Below, in pieces: positions 14,121 to 29,682 of a DNA stretch of 64,000 nt. The translations under genes were made by a program, and so were the position numbers. The notes below the pieces were generated by a model. It was not told where the DNA came from. It worked only from the letters and a program-made list of their open reading frames with translations, and searched no databases. The stretch's first letter is position 1, and each line of letters begins with the position of its first letter. Source of the DNA: Bugula neritina (lineage: Eukaryota; Animalia; Bryozoa); assembly GCA_964035545.1 (NCBI GenBank), contig OZ037771.1, forward strand, positions 14,569,133-14,633,132. The letters run 5' to 3'.

Positions 14121-14634
14121 ATACTGTCACCTGGTGTACAAGACCATGCGTGTGACCTATATACTCTTTTCTAGGTCATGGCACGTACAGATGCCTCAAA
14201 GTCCGGATTACAGGAAGGAGATCAGATTCTCTTTGCTAATGGGGAGAGTTTTCTAAATATAGACCAGCATGAGGTGAGATTATCTGGCTAGAAATATCAT
14301 GTCCACTGTTACTATCCTTTCTTTTCTTTAAAGCTTGTTCAAATCTTATAGCATTCTGTTTACAGACTAGCTACAGTGCTATTGCGCCATAAGCCCTGTC
14401 ATTTTGTTTATTTTTCTCAATTAATTTTTCCCCGACTACGACAAAATAAAAACAAACAAACAAACATTTGACTTCTTAATGATAATCAGTTATACTATAT
14501 CCACTTTTATTTATTTACATCTTAAGTTGTTCAAGTTCCATTTAATTTTCTTCACTGTTTCTTCTTTGTTCAGGCTGTTAAGAGTTTGAAGAGATATGTG
14601 GACGTTGAGCTCATTGTTAAATATTTCCCTTATG
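13199..14634 (+). CDS. PDZD11: PDZ domain-containing protein 11; exons 13199-13534, 13674-13760, 13965-14021, 14175-14273, 14574-14634; short final exon not located
   Basis: ...LPLYELPPQYVPRAD-RRLHPDYSSDIRKFRNRTVHLKRNKPSDQ-LGFNVRGGAEHRCGIFISK-VMARTDASKSGLQEGDQILFANGESFLNIDQHE-AVKSLKRYVDVELIVKYFPY. This matches the PDZD11 pattern (LPxYExPP, HPDY, LGFNxRGG, GIFISKV, GLQEGDQ, FPY). All junctions are GT-AG and in frame. Confidence 0.9.
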
Positions 14635-14834
14635 GTGAGTTATGTTCATGTTTGTTGTTGTCTTCCCACTGCTAATAATGACTGACTTCTGTGCTTATTT
14701 AATGGGAGATAGAAAATATTTGCTGGGAATTGCTTGTGTAATACGCTCATTAATTGTTGTAGCATATGACAAGAGCTTTGACAAGTGTAAGACCAACTCG
14801 ACATTTGCTTAGAGATACTTACTTCTGACTTCAC

Positions 14835-15295
14835 CTGCTGACACCTGCTGACACCTGCTGACACCTGCTGACACCTGACTTTTCTTAGAGATTAGTCATG
14901 GTCCCTGCTGACACCTGCCACTTTATAAGAGATTAGTCATGGTACCTGTCAACACCTGCCACTTTATTTAGAAATTAGCCACGGTACCTGCTGACACTAG
15001 CCACTTTATTAGAGATTAGTCATGGTACCTGTCAACACCTGCCACTTTTCTTAGAGATTAGTCATGGTCTCTGCTGACACCTGCCACTTTATAAGAGATT
15101 AGTCATGGTACCTGTCAACACCTGCCACTTTATTTAGAAATTAGCCACGGTACCTGCTGACACTTGCCACTTTATTAGAGATTAGTCATGGTACCTGTCA
15201 ACACCTGCCACTTTATTTAGAGATTATTCATGGCACATATCAACACCTGCCATTTTTCTTAGAGATTAGTCATGGTAACTGCAGACACCTGCCAA
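14835..15295. repeat. About 41-bp minisatellite (ttagagattagtcatggtacctgtcaacacctgccacttta) preceded by (cctgctgaca)n
   Basis: About 10 head-to-tail copies with no spacers. Confidence 0.9.
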
Positions 15296-15409
15296 TTTGC
15301 TGCCTGTCTAAATTCTGACACTCGTTTACTTTCCAAAACTCTCCAACCTGCTTCATACTTACGACTGTACAGGTTTTTTGCTTTTATATATATTATTATT
15401 AATTTGACT

Positions 15410-15872
15410 TTGTGCACTGTACTGTATACTCTATACTGTATACTATGTACTGTATACTCTGTACTGTGTACTCTGTACTGTGTACTCTGTACTGTATACT
15501 CTGTACTGTATACTCTGTACTGTGTACTCTGTACTGTGTACTCTGTACTGTGTATTCTGTACTGTATACTCTGTACTGTATACTCTGTAGTGTATACTCT
15601 GTACTGTATACTCTGTACTGTGTACTCTGTATACTCTGCACTGTATACTCTGTACTGTATACTCTGCACTGTATACTCTGTACTGTATACTCTGTACTGT
15701 ATACTTTGTACTGTATACTCTGTACTGTATACTCTGTACTGTGTACTCTGTACTGTATACTCTGTACTGTGTACTCTGTATACTCTGCACTGTATACTCT
15801 GTACTGTATACTCTGTACTGTATACTTTGTACTGTGTACTCTGTACTGTATACTCTGTACTGTATACTCTGT
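15410..15872. repeat. 14-bp minisatellite (ctgtatactctgta)n
   Basis: More than 30 tandem units; source of the YTVQSIQYRV/CTVYS ORFs. Confidence 0.95.
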
Positions 15873-16763
15873 GTTATGTTCTAACAACTGATGGTAATAT
15901 TTATTATTTTTGTGACATGTCTACTTACGAACATGCTATGTATTACTAAACTATTGTATAACACATTTATTTATTATTATATACTTTATATTTCAAATTT
16001 CCAAATGGAAGTCGATATATTACATATGTTACTATGCTGACCAATATCGTCAGCTACTTGAATGCATGAAGCCCTTGTCTAAATCTTTCCTGCGTCTAGT
16101 TTATTAGAATTTCAAATGTTCAAATCGTATTTATTTTTATCATTTAATGGATTTTTTTATTATTTTTGAAGAAAGAGCTGAAGCAGAGAAGAATTTAATC
16201 ACCAGTAGTTTTCAATTACAGTTTTCAGTTACAAGATCTGAATGTAGATCTTGCCTTTTGACTTGCATACAACTTTTTTACTTTAATTTACATTTTCAAT
16301 GCTTAAATAAAATATGCAAATTCTTGTATAAAAGTATATTGGTTGTGTACAGTTGCTAACAAAGTGAAGGTCATATAGTGAAGCGCTTATGTTTTTTATA
16401 ACTATTTTTGCTGTGATTGACCGTTAAGAAAAAATAATATAATGACTAAACTATGCATTGCCATCACTAACTATGGGGTGGATTTTTCGCTTATGTCTGT
16501 TTGAAGTTTGGACAATGATGTGTATACGAATACTGTACTCAGTCACCCTTAACTCAGTGCTGCGTCTAGCTACATAATTATGCACTTGTAATAGATGTGT
16601 TGGTTTATATAGTATCCATTACCATATGAAGGTCTCCAAAACCATGCACTCTCAGTCTCTTATGCACCAATACTGTATGTATCTGTTTGTATGATGAGAA
16701 CCAACATATGCTGAGGTCAACTGTTTGCCATTTGCTTGTCTTCAGTTGCATAGTTTATGAATC

Positions 16764-19700
16764 ATGAAGCAGTGCTGGTGGATTTTTGCTGTAAGTATTC
16801 TCTATTTTACGTATAAGTAGTTGTAATGTTGAGGTTGCCCAGTGGTCGCCATGGTGTAATGGTTGGAACACTTGCTTGCAAGCTGGAGGTCTCGAGTTCG
16901 ATTCTCAGTGGGGGCAAATTTATTTTTCAGTAGTCAAAAATAATCCGCTAAGAATGGAAGTTGCTAGAAGCAGCCCTGAGTTAGGGAGAACTTTGTACCG
17001 CACCTATTTGTATACCCCTTCCAAACGACACACTCAGTCACACCTAAGCAGCTCTAAGCAATCTTCACCATAGCAATCAACTAAAACATTGTACACAGTA
17101 ATCGTACTACTGACATTGCTTCTGTTTCTTATTTTAGAGCGCTCTGCTCGCTGCCTGTGGGTGGGCGGAGTTTACTAACTACTCCAGGTAAGATATTGAA
17201 ATTATTGGTCTCAAAAACTGGCAGTGAATTAATTACCCACATTTAGTGTACGTTGTACAAAGCCCTAATTTAGCCTCTAACATAAACGACTGAAGGGTGA
17301 TGTCTAGTAGCTAAAAACAGCTACTAATTTACTAGATTTGATCAATGGACAGTTAGCTGTTTCAAGAATATTGCTGTCCAGAAATATCACTTTAGGCAGC
17401 TCAAAGTGTCAGTCTGTGAACTGCATTACAAAATAGTCTCTAGCAAATTTATTCTGAAATTACTGATTATTTAGAGATTGAAATTTTTAATCTCTTTTTT
17501 TCTAAACATAGTAGCACTGCCTGTTTTCATGTGTTGATAATTTTGTTTAGTTCATAAAGTGCCCTATCATAGTGTTTTCGTGTTTGTGAAAATGTGCTGC
17601 TATTTGAAAGGCATAAAAACTTTCTTTGCAGTTTGCATAATAATCTGCTAAAACCAAATTCTTCGTATTTACTTTTCAACCTACTTTTCAACTGTTTAGA
17701 CAATATATGCAGTCTATTGCATTGTCAACACAAGTTAAGGTTATTGTAAAAGTTGAGTTGCTACCGATAGAAAATTATTTTGCTGAGCACTTCTCAACAA
17801 ACCAATTACTATATTGTAGTAAAATAGTACAATAATGTAATCCAAAATAAAATTATGATGTCTTATAAATTATTTTGACAAAAATACAATACACATCATT
17901 TGTTTCAGTGTTACATTCAATGAGTCTGCACTGTTTCTAAAGACGTCTGCAGCAGTCTATCACATGGAGTTAGACAGATATAAAAACGACGGGAGCTTTT
18001 TAATTGCAACATCGAGTAGCCTACAAACCACTGATGGTCGAACCTTTACCACTCTCTTGACATCCTCCGTGTTTAGCTTTGCACAAGTTAACTCAACTCA
18101 TGTAGCTGTAAGTGACTCTAAAAAACACTGCATTAAATTACTGAACAGAAAAACTAACGGGTTAAAAGATTTTGCCGGGACATGTGGCTCAAGAGGTTAC
18201 AGGGAAGGAGGGGTAGGTGTTGGTAAGTTTAACTACCCATGGGGAGTGGTGGTGGATGTTAGAAACCCAACCCAGCTGTTGGTAGCAGATCAAGAGAACG
18301 ATGCGCTGAGATCTGTAGACTTACGATCTGGAGAAATACGTACGGTAATAAGATCTGGTTTTACTAAACCACATTCTCTGCTTTGGACAGACGGACATTT
18401 GCTTGTGACCAACCGCTATTCTTACATTTCTCAAGTGAACTGGTCTGATAATGGTACTGTCAGCAACACGCTAATAGTTGGAGACAAAACAGCAGGGGAT
18501 GCATATGGAGAATTTGATGAGGCAAAACTTAGCTTTCCGTATGAGACTGTAAGGGTGGGTGATGACATGTACCTTGTTGCTGAATTTAGTAGCAAAGAAC
18601 TGAAGCTAATTGACACGGAGAGACGAGTGGTTGGTCCTGTGTGCTTTGGAGGAGAGAACCCCTGTGTGACAGGCAGCAAGTTCCCAGATGGGGCTCTATC
18701 CTTACTTAATGTAGAAGGAGAAGTTTATGTGGGCTTGTTCAATGCAGAAGTTTACAAGTTGAGTGGTGAGTAACAGTTTGGATAACAAAAAGCAGCAATG
18801 ATTTTATAGCGATGGCTCCAATGTATATATATAATCATCAATTGTTTACTAAACAACACATTTCATTGGTTATTATTTTCAATTTTTAAAGTCTTTTAAG
18901 TAGACATACAGGCTGAAGGTTTCAAAATAATGAAACAAAATATTTTAAAGAATCATTATTTTAAAAAGCTGCAAAACTTTATTTTGTGTTGGAGCTAGTT
19001 TGAAATTTTAGTAAACAATTCACATATAAACATAATTTGCTAAAACAAATTTATTCTGGGCAGTAGCAAATTTTTATAAACTTGGCAAAGCAAGTTACGT
19101 CTTAAAGATGCTAGAAATTTGTATCAGTAGTCACAACTAAACTACACAACTAGCACACAATTAACACGTATATTTTGCTATATACCCTGTGAAGGCAGCA
19201 GTTTAGCTGACAGTAAGCTGCCTGACATATGCTCACAGAGAAGGAATATTACGATTTTCTTACCTCCCGGTGAAAGTACAGCCGAAGTTCAACTGGGAAA
19301 TGATTTTGTTAACCTACCAGAAGGAGTTTACAAAGTAACAAATAGACAAGACTTAAAAGCCTGTATCTACCAGGTTACTGTGAAAAGTAAGTGAATCCAA
19401 GGGTCTTTCATGGTACCAATAATTTTTCTGTTATATTCTTAAGAGTCATGATACATTCTAATTGGCTTATCATCTGGTCTCATAGCTTTGAATATAATTT
19501 GTATTTCGAGATGCAGTAGATTAGCATTCGCTTTAAATATAATATAATTAAAGTACCATTAGTTTTATGAGACAAACTTGACTTCCCACATCAAAGAATA
19601 AATTTGCTACTGGTGTCCCTGTTGGTGCTGAGGAGACTTAGTAAGCCTTCCTGCAGTAAAACGTGCTGATCACAGAAAAACTTTTATAAATTTTTGACAT

Positions 19701-20981
19701 TAGACTTGACCATTGCATTAAAAGCATTATAAACTGTGGTTAAAAACACACTTAGACATTTTCTCAAATGCGTAGAGTCACCTATATTGAAGAGAATGGC
19801 GTTAAAGTTTGATTATGCCGTCTCATGCAAAACCATTAATGAAGATGCAACCAGATTAACGCTCGACCCCGTCCTGTATCAAAGAAAAATTGAGCTTCAA
19901 GGAATCTGCGGCCAAGGTAAAATAATTAAAACATTTTGACACAAACATTCTTTTGGGCCAGATTTGTTTACTGCAACTATTGTCAAACAGCATGCACTTG
20001 GTTTTTAGAATATAAAGGTAACAGTGCCCAACAAACATGTACATGACCAATTTTTTATCTTTTAATATTACATTGAAGCATGATTTTAAATTACTTGGAT
20101 TCTTTCACCGTAGTTATATTTATTAGTCAGCAAAGAGGAGTGCAAAGTGCAGAGTAACAAGCCTCAAAAGGGCATTATAGTACGAGTATTGCTTGTACAT
20201 TCAAATTATTCTATATATGAAATTTAGCTGCTTCGGTACTACCTTTGCGATAGGCATTAGTTTATTAGCTGCAGGATGATGGAACACGATCACTCATACT
20301 CCACAGTTGCTCTGTTTCCTATAACACTTGATTCCAGTTGCTCTCCTTACAGACTGTACCATGTCTACCAGTATACAACCATTCTACGACTGTACCAATA
20401 ATCTCCTGACCGTCTACTGGCCAACTGATGAGCTGTATCCTGCCACCATCTTGGAACCTCCGGCAGTGTTGAGTGAAGAACTGAAAAGGAGGCTGAATCA
20501 ATCAAATTCTCGAAGATATTCTGATATTTTCATTGGCTCTCACATACCTCCGTAAGTTGCAATTTTGATGTATAATGTTTATTACATCTTTTATTTCTTT
20601 TGGATTATTTTAATTTGATTACATAAATTTATACATTCTCGTTAGCCCTGGTTGCTTATTTTCAAGTCTTTCTTTGCTTCTTTGCAATATAAATGGTTTT
20701 TACAGTTCTGTGTTTAAAAATTTAAAAAAATAAATTAGACACGCATGCATAGTACGTACACATAACATGAACACAACGCACATGCACGCGCAATCAAGTA
20801 ATGTATATATAGCCTATATTTATATGCTCGAACACAATTTAAATATGTATATTAGTATACTGTTAACAGGATAATTGCTGCTAAGAAGAACTCAAAGGGA
20901 GAAGTTGTGGAAGTGATACTTTATTCAACTTGTGTTGATGAGACTCCAACATATGATGCTGTCAAGGACATGTGTACCTAA
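16764..20981 (+). CDS. Secreted NHL beta-propeller family member N1, about 525 aa; exons 16764-16790, 17138-17187, 17909-18765, about 19195-19386, 19776-19916, 20353-20551, 20870-20981
   Basis: Signal peptide MKQCWWIFA-SALLAACGWA. NHL motifs include FAGTCGSRGYREGGVGVGKFNYPWGVVVD, LLVADQENDALRSVDL and GEFDEAKLSFPYE. Then a HYR-like exon and C-terminal exons ending STCVDETPTYDAVKDMCT*. Frames join with intron phases 0,2,1,1,1,2. The exon-4 acceptor is ambiguous (19195 or 19207). Confidence 0.85.
16821..16915 (+). mobile_element. tRNA-derived dispersed repeat (SINE-like); other copies at about 27376-27445, 30295-30360, 37491-37585, 39222-39292, 39431-39525 (+) and 46327-46415, 54167-54205 (-)
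   Basis: A-box-like tggtgtaatgg, gcttgcaagc anticodon-arm remnant and B-box-like gagttcgattc. Multiple diverged intronic copies. Confidence 0.75.
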
Positions 20982-21620
20982 ATTGCTGACCAATCAGCAG
21001 CAAGGATACATGTACTTAGGCTGCTGACGAGTCAGCAGCAAGGAGACCTAACAATTGAAAACAAGAGCTTTTGAATTTAAATTATTGTTGACTTTTTGAT
21101 CAATTGTTGACCTCATAAAAGTTTGGATTATTTTGAATAAAGAGAATAATACCCCCTACCCTAATAGCGTATCCATTAATTTTTCTTGTGTTTTTAAAAC
21201 TTATATCTATAATTTTAACATCTATCATTATAGTTTATAGAGTATTTTTTTAGATATCATTTTGCCTACATTAATCAAATTCCAAGAAAATAAGGTATTT
21301 ATATGGTTATGTTATATGCCCATTGCAGTTTTGCTCATCAACATGAAGGATAGAGGATAAAAATTAAGATATTTCTCTTTAGTCTGTAAGTGACTTACAT
21401 GCAAATTACTCAAAACTATAATTCTCTCATAAAATTTATTTAAACTATAATATAATTTAGCAGAAGATCGTGTAGGTTTTGTCCAATAAAATTAGATAAA
21501 ACAGTTAATGGAAACATATAACACTGAAAATAAAATAAAAAGATGGAACTAAAAGAAATAAAAGCTTTAAATCAAAGATTGTGCACAGGCAAGTCTTAAG
21601 CTTTTCTGTTGGGTCAACAT

Positions 21621-23639
21621 TCAGATTTTCCTATTCTTTAGGTCATCAATCAATTTGTCAGTTTCAATTGCTGAGAGGTCAAAGAATATGACTGCGGCAC
21701 GTGCACGACTATGATCCTTTTCGGTCTTATTTTCAGACAACATATGTTTCTTGACTTGCTGAGTTTCAGCAGAAATTGTCCTCACAATGTTTTTTATTAT
21801 TTGAAGCGTTTCTACTGAAGAAAAACGGCTACAGCTAATGTATTCCATGCAATCTGGTGCGCCTGTGGAGTTGTCATTTGCCACATTGTCACTTTGAGGA
21901 GTTGCATCCTCTGCTGAATATTCACCTTCAGGAGTTGCATCCTCTGCTGAATATTCACCTTCAGGAGTTGCATTCTCTGCTAAATTATTGCCTCCAGGAG
22001 TTGCATCCTCTGCTGAATTATTGCCTTCAGGAGTTGCATCCTCTGCTGAATATCCACCCTCAGGAGTTGCGTTCTCTGCTAATTCGTTGCCTTCAGGAGT
22101 TGCATCCTCTGCTAATTCGTTGCCTTCAGGAGTTGCATCCTCTGCTGAATATTCACCTTCAGGAGTTGCATTATCTGCTAATTCGTTGCCTTCAGGAGTT
22201 GCGTTCTCTGCTGAATGTTCACCTTCAGGAGTTGCGTTCTCTGCTGAATTATTGCCTTCAGGAGTTGCGTTGTCTGGTGAGATGTTGCAAGGTGCCAAAG
22301 TGGTGTCACCTGAACCAGGAGGGTTTGCTGCTTGTGCTGCTTCAACTGTAGGGCTGCTTGATAGCAGTTCTATGGCAGCTGCCAATGGACTGCTGCTTCT
22401 GGTGTCACTACCAACAGCTGACTCAGCTACGGCCTGATATACTGTTGAGCTATTTTCAGACATGCTGGAACTGGAACTGCCTAAGCTTATGGAGATGTCT
22501 GTGGGGAGGCTGGCGGCATTCACAGAATCTACTGCGGCATTCCCGAGAAGTTCTGCTGCGTTTTTCAGCACCAAATGAGAACCTCTCAATGTTATCGTAG
22601 GAAAATTGATAAGACTTCTTTCAAATGATTCTATTGCAGATCTACTTCTGACATTACATCCCATTTTTTCAATTGACCTTATGCTATGCATGAATGACTT
22701 GACTATCTTCTTTATTAATTCTTTTTGACACATGGTGATAACTCGGAGTCTGTCATCAGATAAAGGCCCACCAGACTGCAACAAGAGCTCCATCGTTCTG
22801 GCAGCTGTGCTAGGAAGAAGCCGTGACTCACCAACACTTGAAACTGAAAGACAGTATGAATTGGTCCTGTGCATATAGAAGGCAGTGTCGGTCTTAAGAA
22901 GATACTTTTCTATGTGCTTTTTAATGAGGCCAGGCACACAGCTATAACAGTATGACTGTCCACTAACTGCAATTAGTTTTACTAGTGGTGTTCCTCTGTG
23001 AATCACTAAACCCTCCACACCTCTTGTGCAGCCTTTGGGTAGAGCAGTCTTTAAGTCTTTTGTAAACTCGTAATAACACAGAGTTTTATGTTCCGCAACG
23101 TCAACTTCCAAATCTCCTGCATGCAAATCTCCTTCTGTACAGAACAACACTACACAACAATTACCACACTGCAAACGTACAGGCTCATCCTTGTCCAATC
23201 TCACGTGAAATCTGACCGGGTGTTTGAGGTTGAAGTGGTATAGGAAGTGCACGTCTGTGATGGTGGCTTTGTCACCTATTGCCAAACATAGTTGATGAAA
23301 TACAGAAGTATTTGTTTTCTCTAAGCACGTAGCACAGACGTATCGCGACGTACCTTCAGGAGCAAAGAGCTGAACCACTGGACTTCCAATCCTAATAACT
23401 CGTGTGTTACTTTCGGTGTGGAATCGGTCATACCAGTAAGTTTTAATAGCAACTACTGCTTGAAAATTGTAGTAAATGTGCCATTTTTCTAAAGTATAGT
23501 TGCACTTAATGCTGATAGTTCCACAAAACCCAAGGTTTGAAAGTCTAAATCTACATTTAGAGCACATGTAGGTTTCACCACTCTGTGCTATAGATATGTA
23601 AGTTTCTACTGGATGGTGCTTGTGCATTGCCTCTGCCAT
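21621..23639 (-). CDS. Orphan 672-aa protein: two tandem CxxC...CxxC modules, a Ser/Ala-rich linker, 11-aa acidic repeats and a helical C-terminus
   Basis: A 2-kb uninterrupted ORF in AT-rich DNA. An acceptor (ttgtag) lies 4 nt upstream of the ATG and a donor (aag|gtgagt) at 23869, implying a 5'-UTR intron. No family recognised. Confidence 0.75.
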   Translation of the reverse strand: MAEAMHKHHPVETYISIAQSGETYMCSKCRFRLSNLGFCGTISIKCNYTLEKWHIYYNFQAVVAIKTYWYDRFHTESNTRVIRIGSPVVQLFAPEGTSRYVCATCLEKTNTSVFHQLCLAIGDKATITDVHFLYHFNLKHPVRFHVRLDKDEPVRLQCGNCCVVLFCTEGDLHAGDLEVDVAEHKTLCYYEFTKDLKTALPKGCTRGVEGLVIHRGTPLVKLIAVSGQSYCYSCVPGLIKKHIEKYLLKTDTAFYMHRTNSYCLSVSSVGESRLLPSTAARTMELLLQSGGPLSDDRLRVITMCQKELIKKIVKSFMHSIRSIEKMGCNVRSRSAIESFERSLINFPTITLRGSHLVLKNAAELLGNAAVDSVNAASLPTDISISLGSSSSSMSENSSTVYQAVAESAVGSDTRSSSPLAAAIELLSSSPTVEAAQAANPPGSGDTTLAPCNISPDNATPEGNNSAENATPEGEHSAENATPEGNELADNATPEGEYSAEDATPEGNELAEDATPEGNELAENATPEGGYSAEDATPEGNNSAEDATPGGNNLAENATPEGEYSAEDATPEGEYSAEDATPQSDNVANDNSTGAPDCMEYISCSRFSSVETLQIIKNIVRTISAETQQVKKHMLSENKTEKDHSRARAAVIFFDLSAIETDKLIDDLKNRKI
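21898..22270 (-). repeat. 33-bp coding minisatellite, (ATPEGxxxAE[N/D]) x11 plus a partial unit
   Basis: Repeated ggagttgcatcctctgctgaatattcaccttca-like units, in frame within the 672-aa ORF. Confidence 0.95.
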
Positions 23640-24638
23640 TCCCCTACAAGTTGAATATACACATCAGTAATACATTATAAAATACTATAAATTATATAAA
23701 TTTATATTATAATTTATTGAAACGTAATTTATTATTGGCAATATATATGTAATAAAACATTCAGTATTGCTCAATAACAGAAATTTCAAGTCCCATTAAA
23801 TTTTCTCATATATGGCTCTCCTAAAACATATTATTGCAAAAATATTACATTCTATTTGTGCAACTCACCTTTTTAACCGCAGAAAATAAAGTTAAATATA
23901 AAACTGGTTCAACTTGCAGGTAGTTGCTGTGCGAGAATAAAAGGTTATACTTTGAACTTGATTTGCAAGCTATCAAGGATTTAAACGTTGCCATTAATTC
24001 GAAAGCTTCTTTTCTTATTTTAGCTGTCATGTTCTTTATATCTCACAATATGCAAGCCTATAGCTTATTGATTATTCTTTTGCAGCGGTAGAAAACAAAA
24101 ATATGTGCAGACAATTTGAACTTGAATTAGAAAGATAATGCCCTTCTCAATGAAATGATAAACAATATAATAGAAGATTTAAATTCAGTAGCAAGGTTAT
24201 AATTGTTTAAAAGTGGTGTATTAGCTTATAACACAAAACTGGTTTAGAACATGTAATTTGATGCTATGATTGCTGGTTTTAAGCTCTACATGGTTTAGGA
24301 TACCACCATTGTATAGGATAGCATTAAGTGCTGACAATACTATATTATTAAACACATGCTAACTACTGCTGCATATAATAGGCAAGGAGAAAATAACCAG
24401 AATTATAAAAGTGAGGTGCATAGAAATTACGTAACTTAAGAGTGATTATTATAATAATTTGTAATTATTAAACACGGTTACTTTTGACTTGATATTAAAA
24501 TATGTATAATTATAAATATTTTACTACTTGACTCATGTGCCCCCTAGGGATTTAGACAGAATGTAGTAATAGTATTAGGACTGGGCAAAAGAGTACCAGT
24601 CACTCTGTTTACAACTAGTGAAGACTAAACCAGCAAAC

Positions 24639-28747
<4,109 letters not shown>

Positions 28748-29682
28748 CTGTCATTCAGCAAAAAGCTTATTCTTTGTGACACTTCCATGACACTTCATAA
28801 GATATTGCTCAAATCAAATTGTTAGTATGTTAGCTGTAAGCCTATTAGTATGTTGGCTGTAATTAAATAATTCATCTGTTAATACAATCATGGTAAACCT
28901 CCACTTCAGTTTACATTGTATATCTACAAAGATTGTGAAATTTCATACATGCTCTTGTCTAACCTACAGAAAAAACTTTTATGTTACCTCTTTTAAAACT
29001 AAACATTATATACATTTATATACCTAATAAAACTTTTATATTTTTAATTGCAATTCCATTTAATTAATTTGAAAAATATCTTTTTTAAATGGCAAGCTGG
29101 TAAGGTGTATAGCTAGTAAACTATAATCAAATCTTTGTTAAGTCTGTAGCAGATCTGTTTTAGTAACTACTGCATGTTTGTAAATTAGAACATAATTTTA
29201 TTAAACCAATAATTTCAATACTATACTGTAGAATGTATGCAATCTAATAACCGTATTGTACAACTATTATTAAGAATATATAGATTCTAGTTTGTTAGTT
29301 AGCTTTCTATATAGTATCTATAACTGAAGCAGTAAATTTGTAACAGTATTATACTGCAGTATCTGATATAGCATGCTTGTCTTTTGTATAAGCTGTCTAT
29401 AAAACAGTCGGCTTTCATTTTCTGAATCTGATACGGTGATCAGAGATTCAGAATGGTTTGCATACTTCCCACTATCATGGCTCAGTGTAAATAAATATAA
29501 CCTACACAGATAATATCATAATTACTAACCATGAACCAATTTACTAGGGAAGATGTGTTTACAAATTGCTATGTATAACAAAAGAGCCTATTAGGGTCTT
29601 GGTTCAAGTTGAGTGTCACCATATTAACAGTAACAATCTTGTAAGGAGCCAAATATTATGAAATTTTATGGTAAAGTTGACA

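Noticed and set aside
14835-15295. Regular about 41-bp repeats as a CRISPR array
   Set aside because: Head-to-tail units without unique spacers, in eukaryotic intronic context, with no cas genes.
15259-15949. Long ORFs on both strands (YTVQSIQYRV / CTVYS)
   Set aside because: Translations of a 14-bp minisatellite.
14881-16360. Candidate last exons for PDZD11 (acceptors near 14889, 15373, 16108, 16172)
   Set aside because: Several phase-compatible options exist and none resembles the known C-terminus well enough to choose.
17964-18773. ORF-track NHL proteins as complete single-exon genes ending in SGE*/GGK*
   Set aside because: These ends are read-through of g|gtgagt or g|gtaagt donors, and the starts are internal or intronic. 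The flanking exons join in frame.
21857-22600. Plus-strand ORFs overlapping the orphan gene
   Set aside because: Antisense shadows of the 33-bp repeat.
24530-24537. AP-1-like TGACTCA sites upstream of some array members as an immune-inducible signature
   Set aside because: 7-mers at inconsistent distances are expected by chance; this needs an enrichment test.
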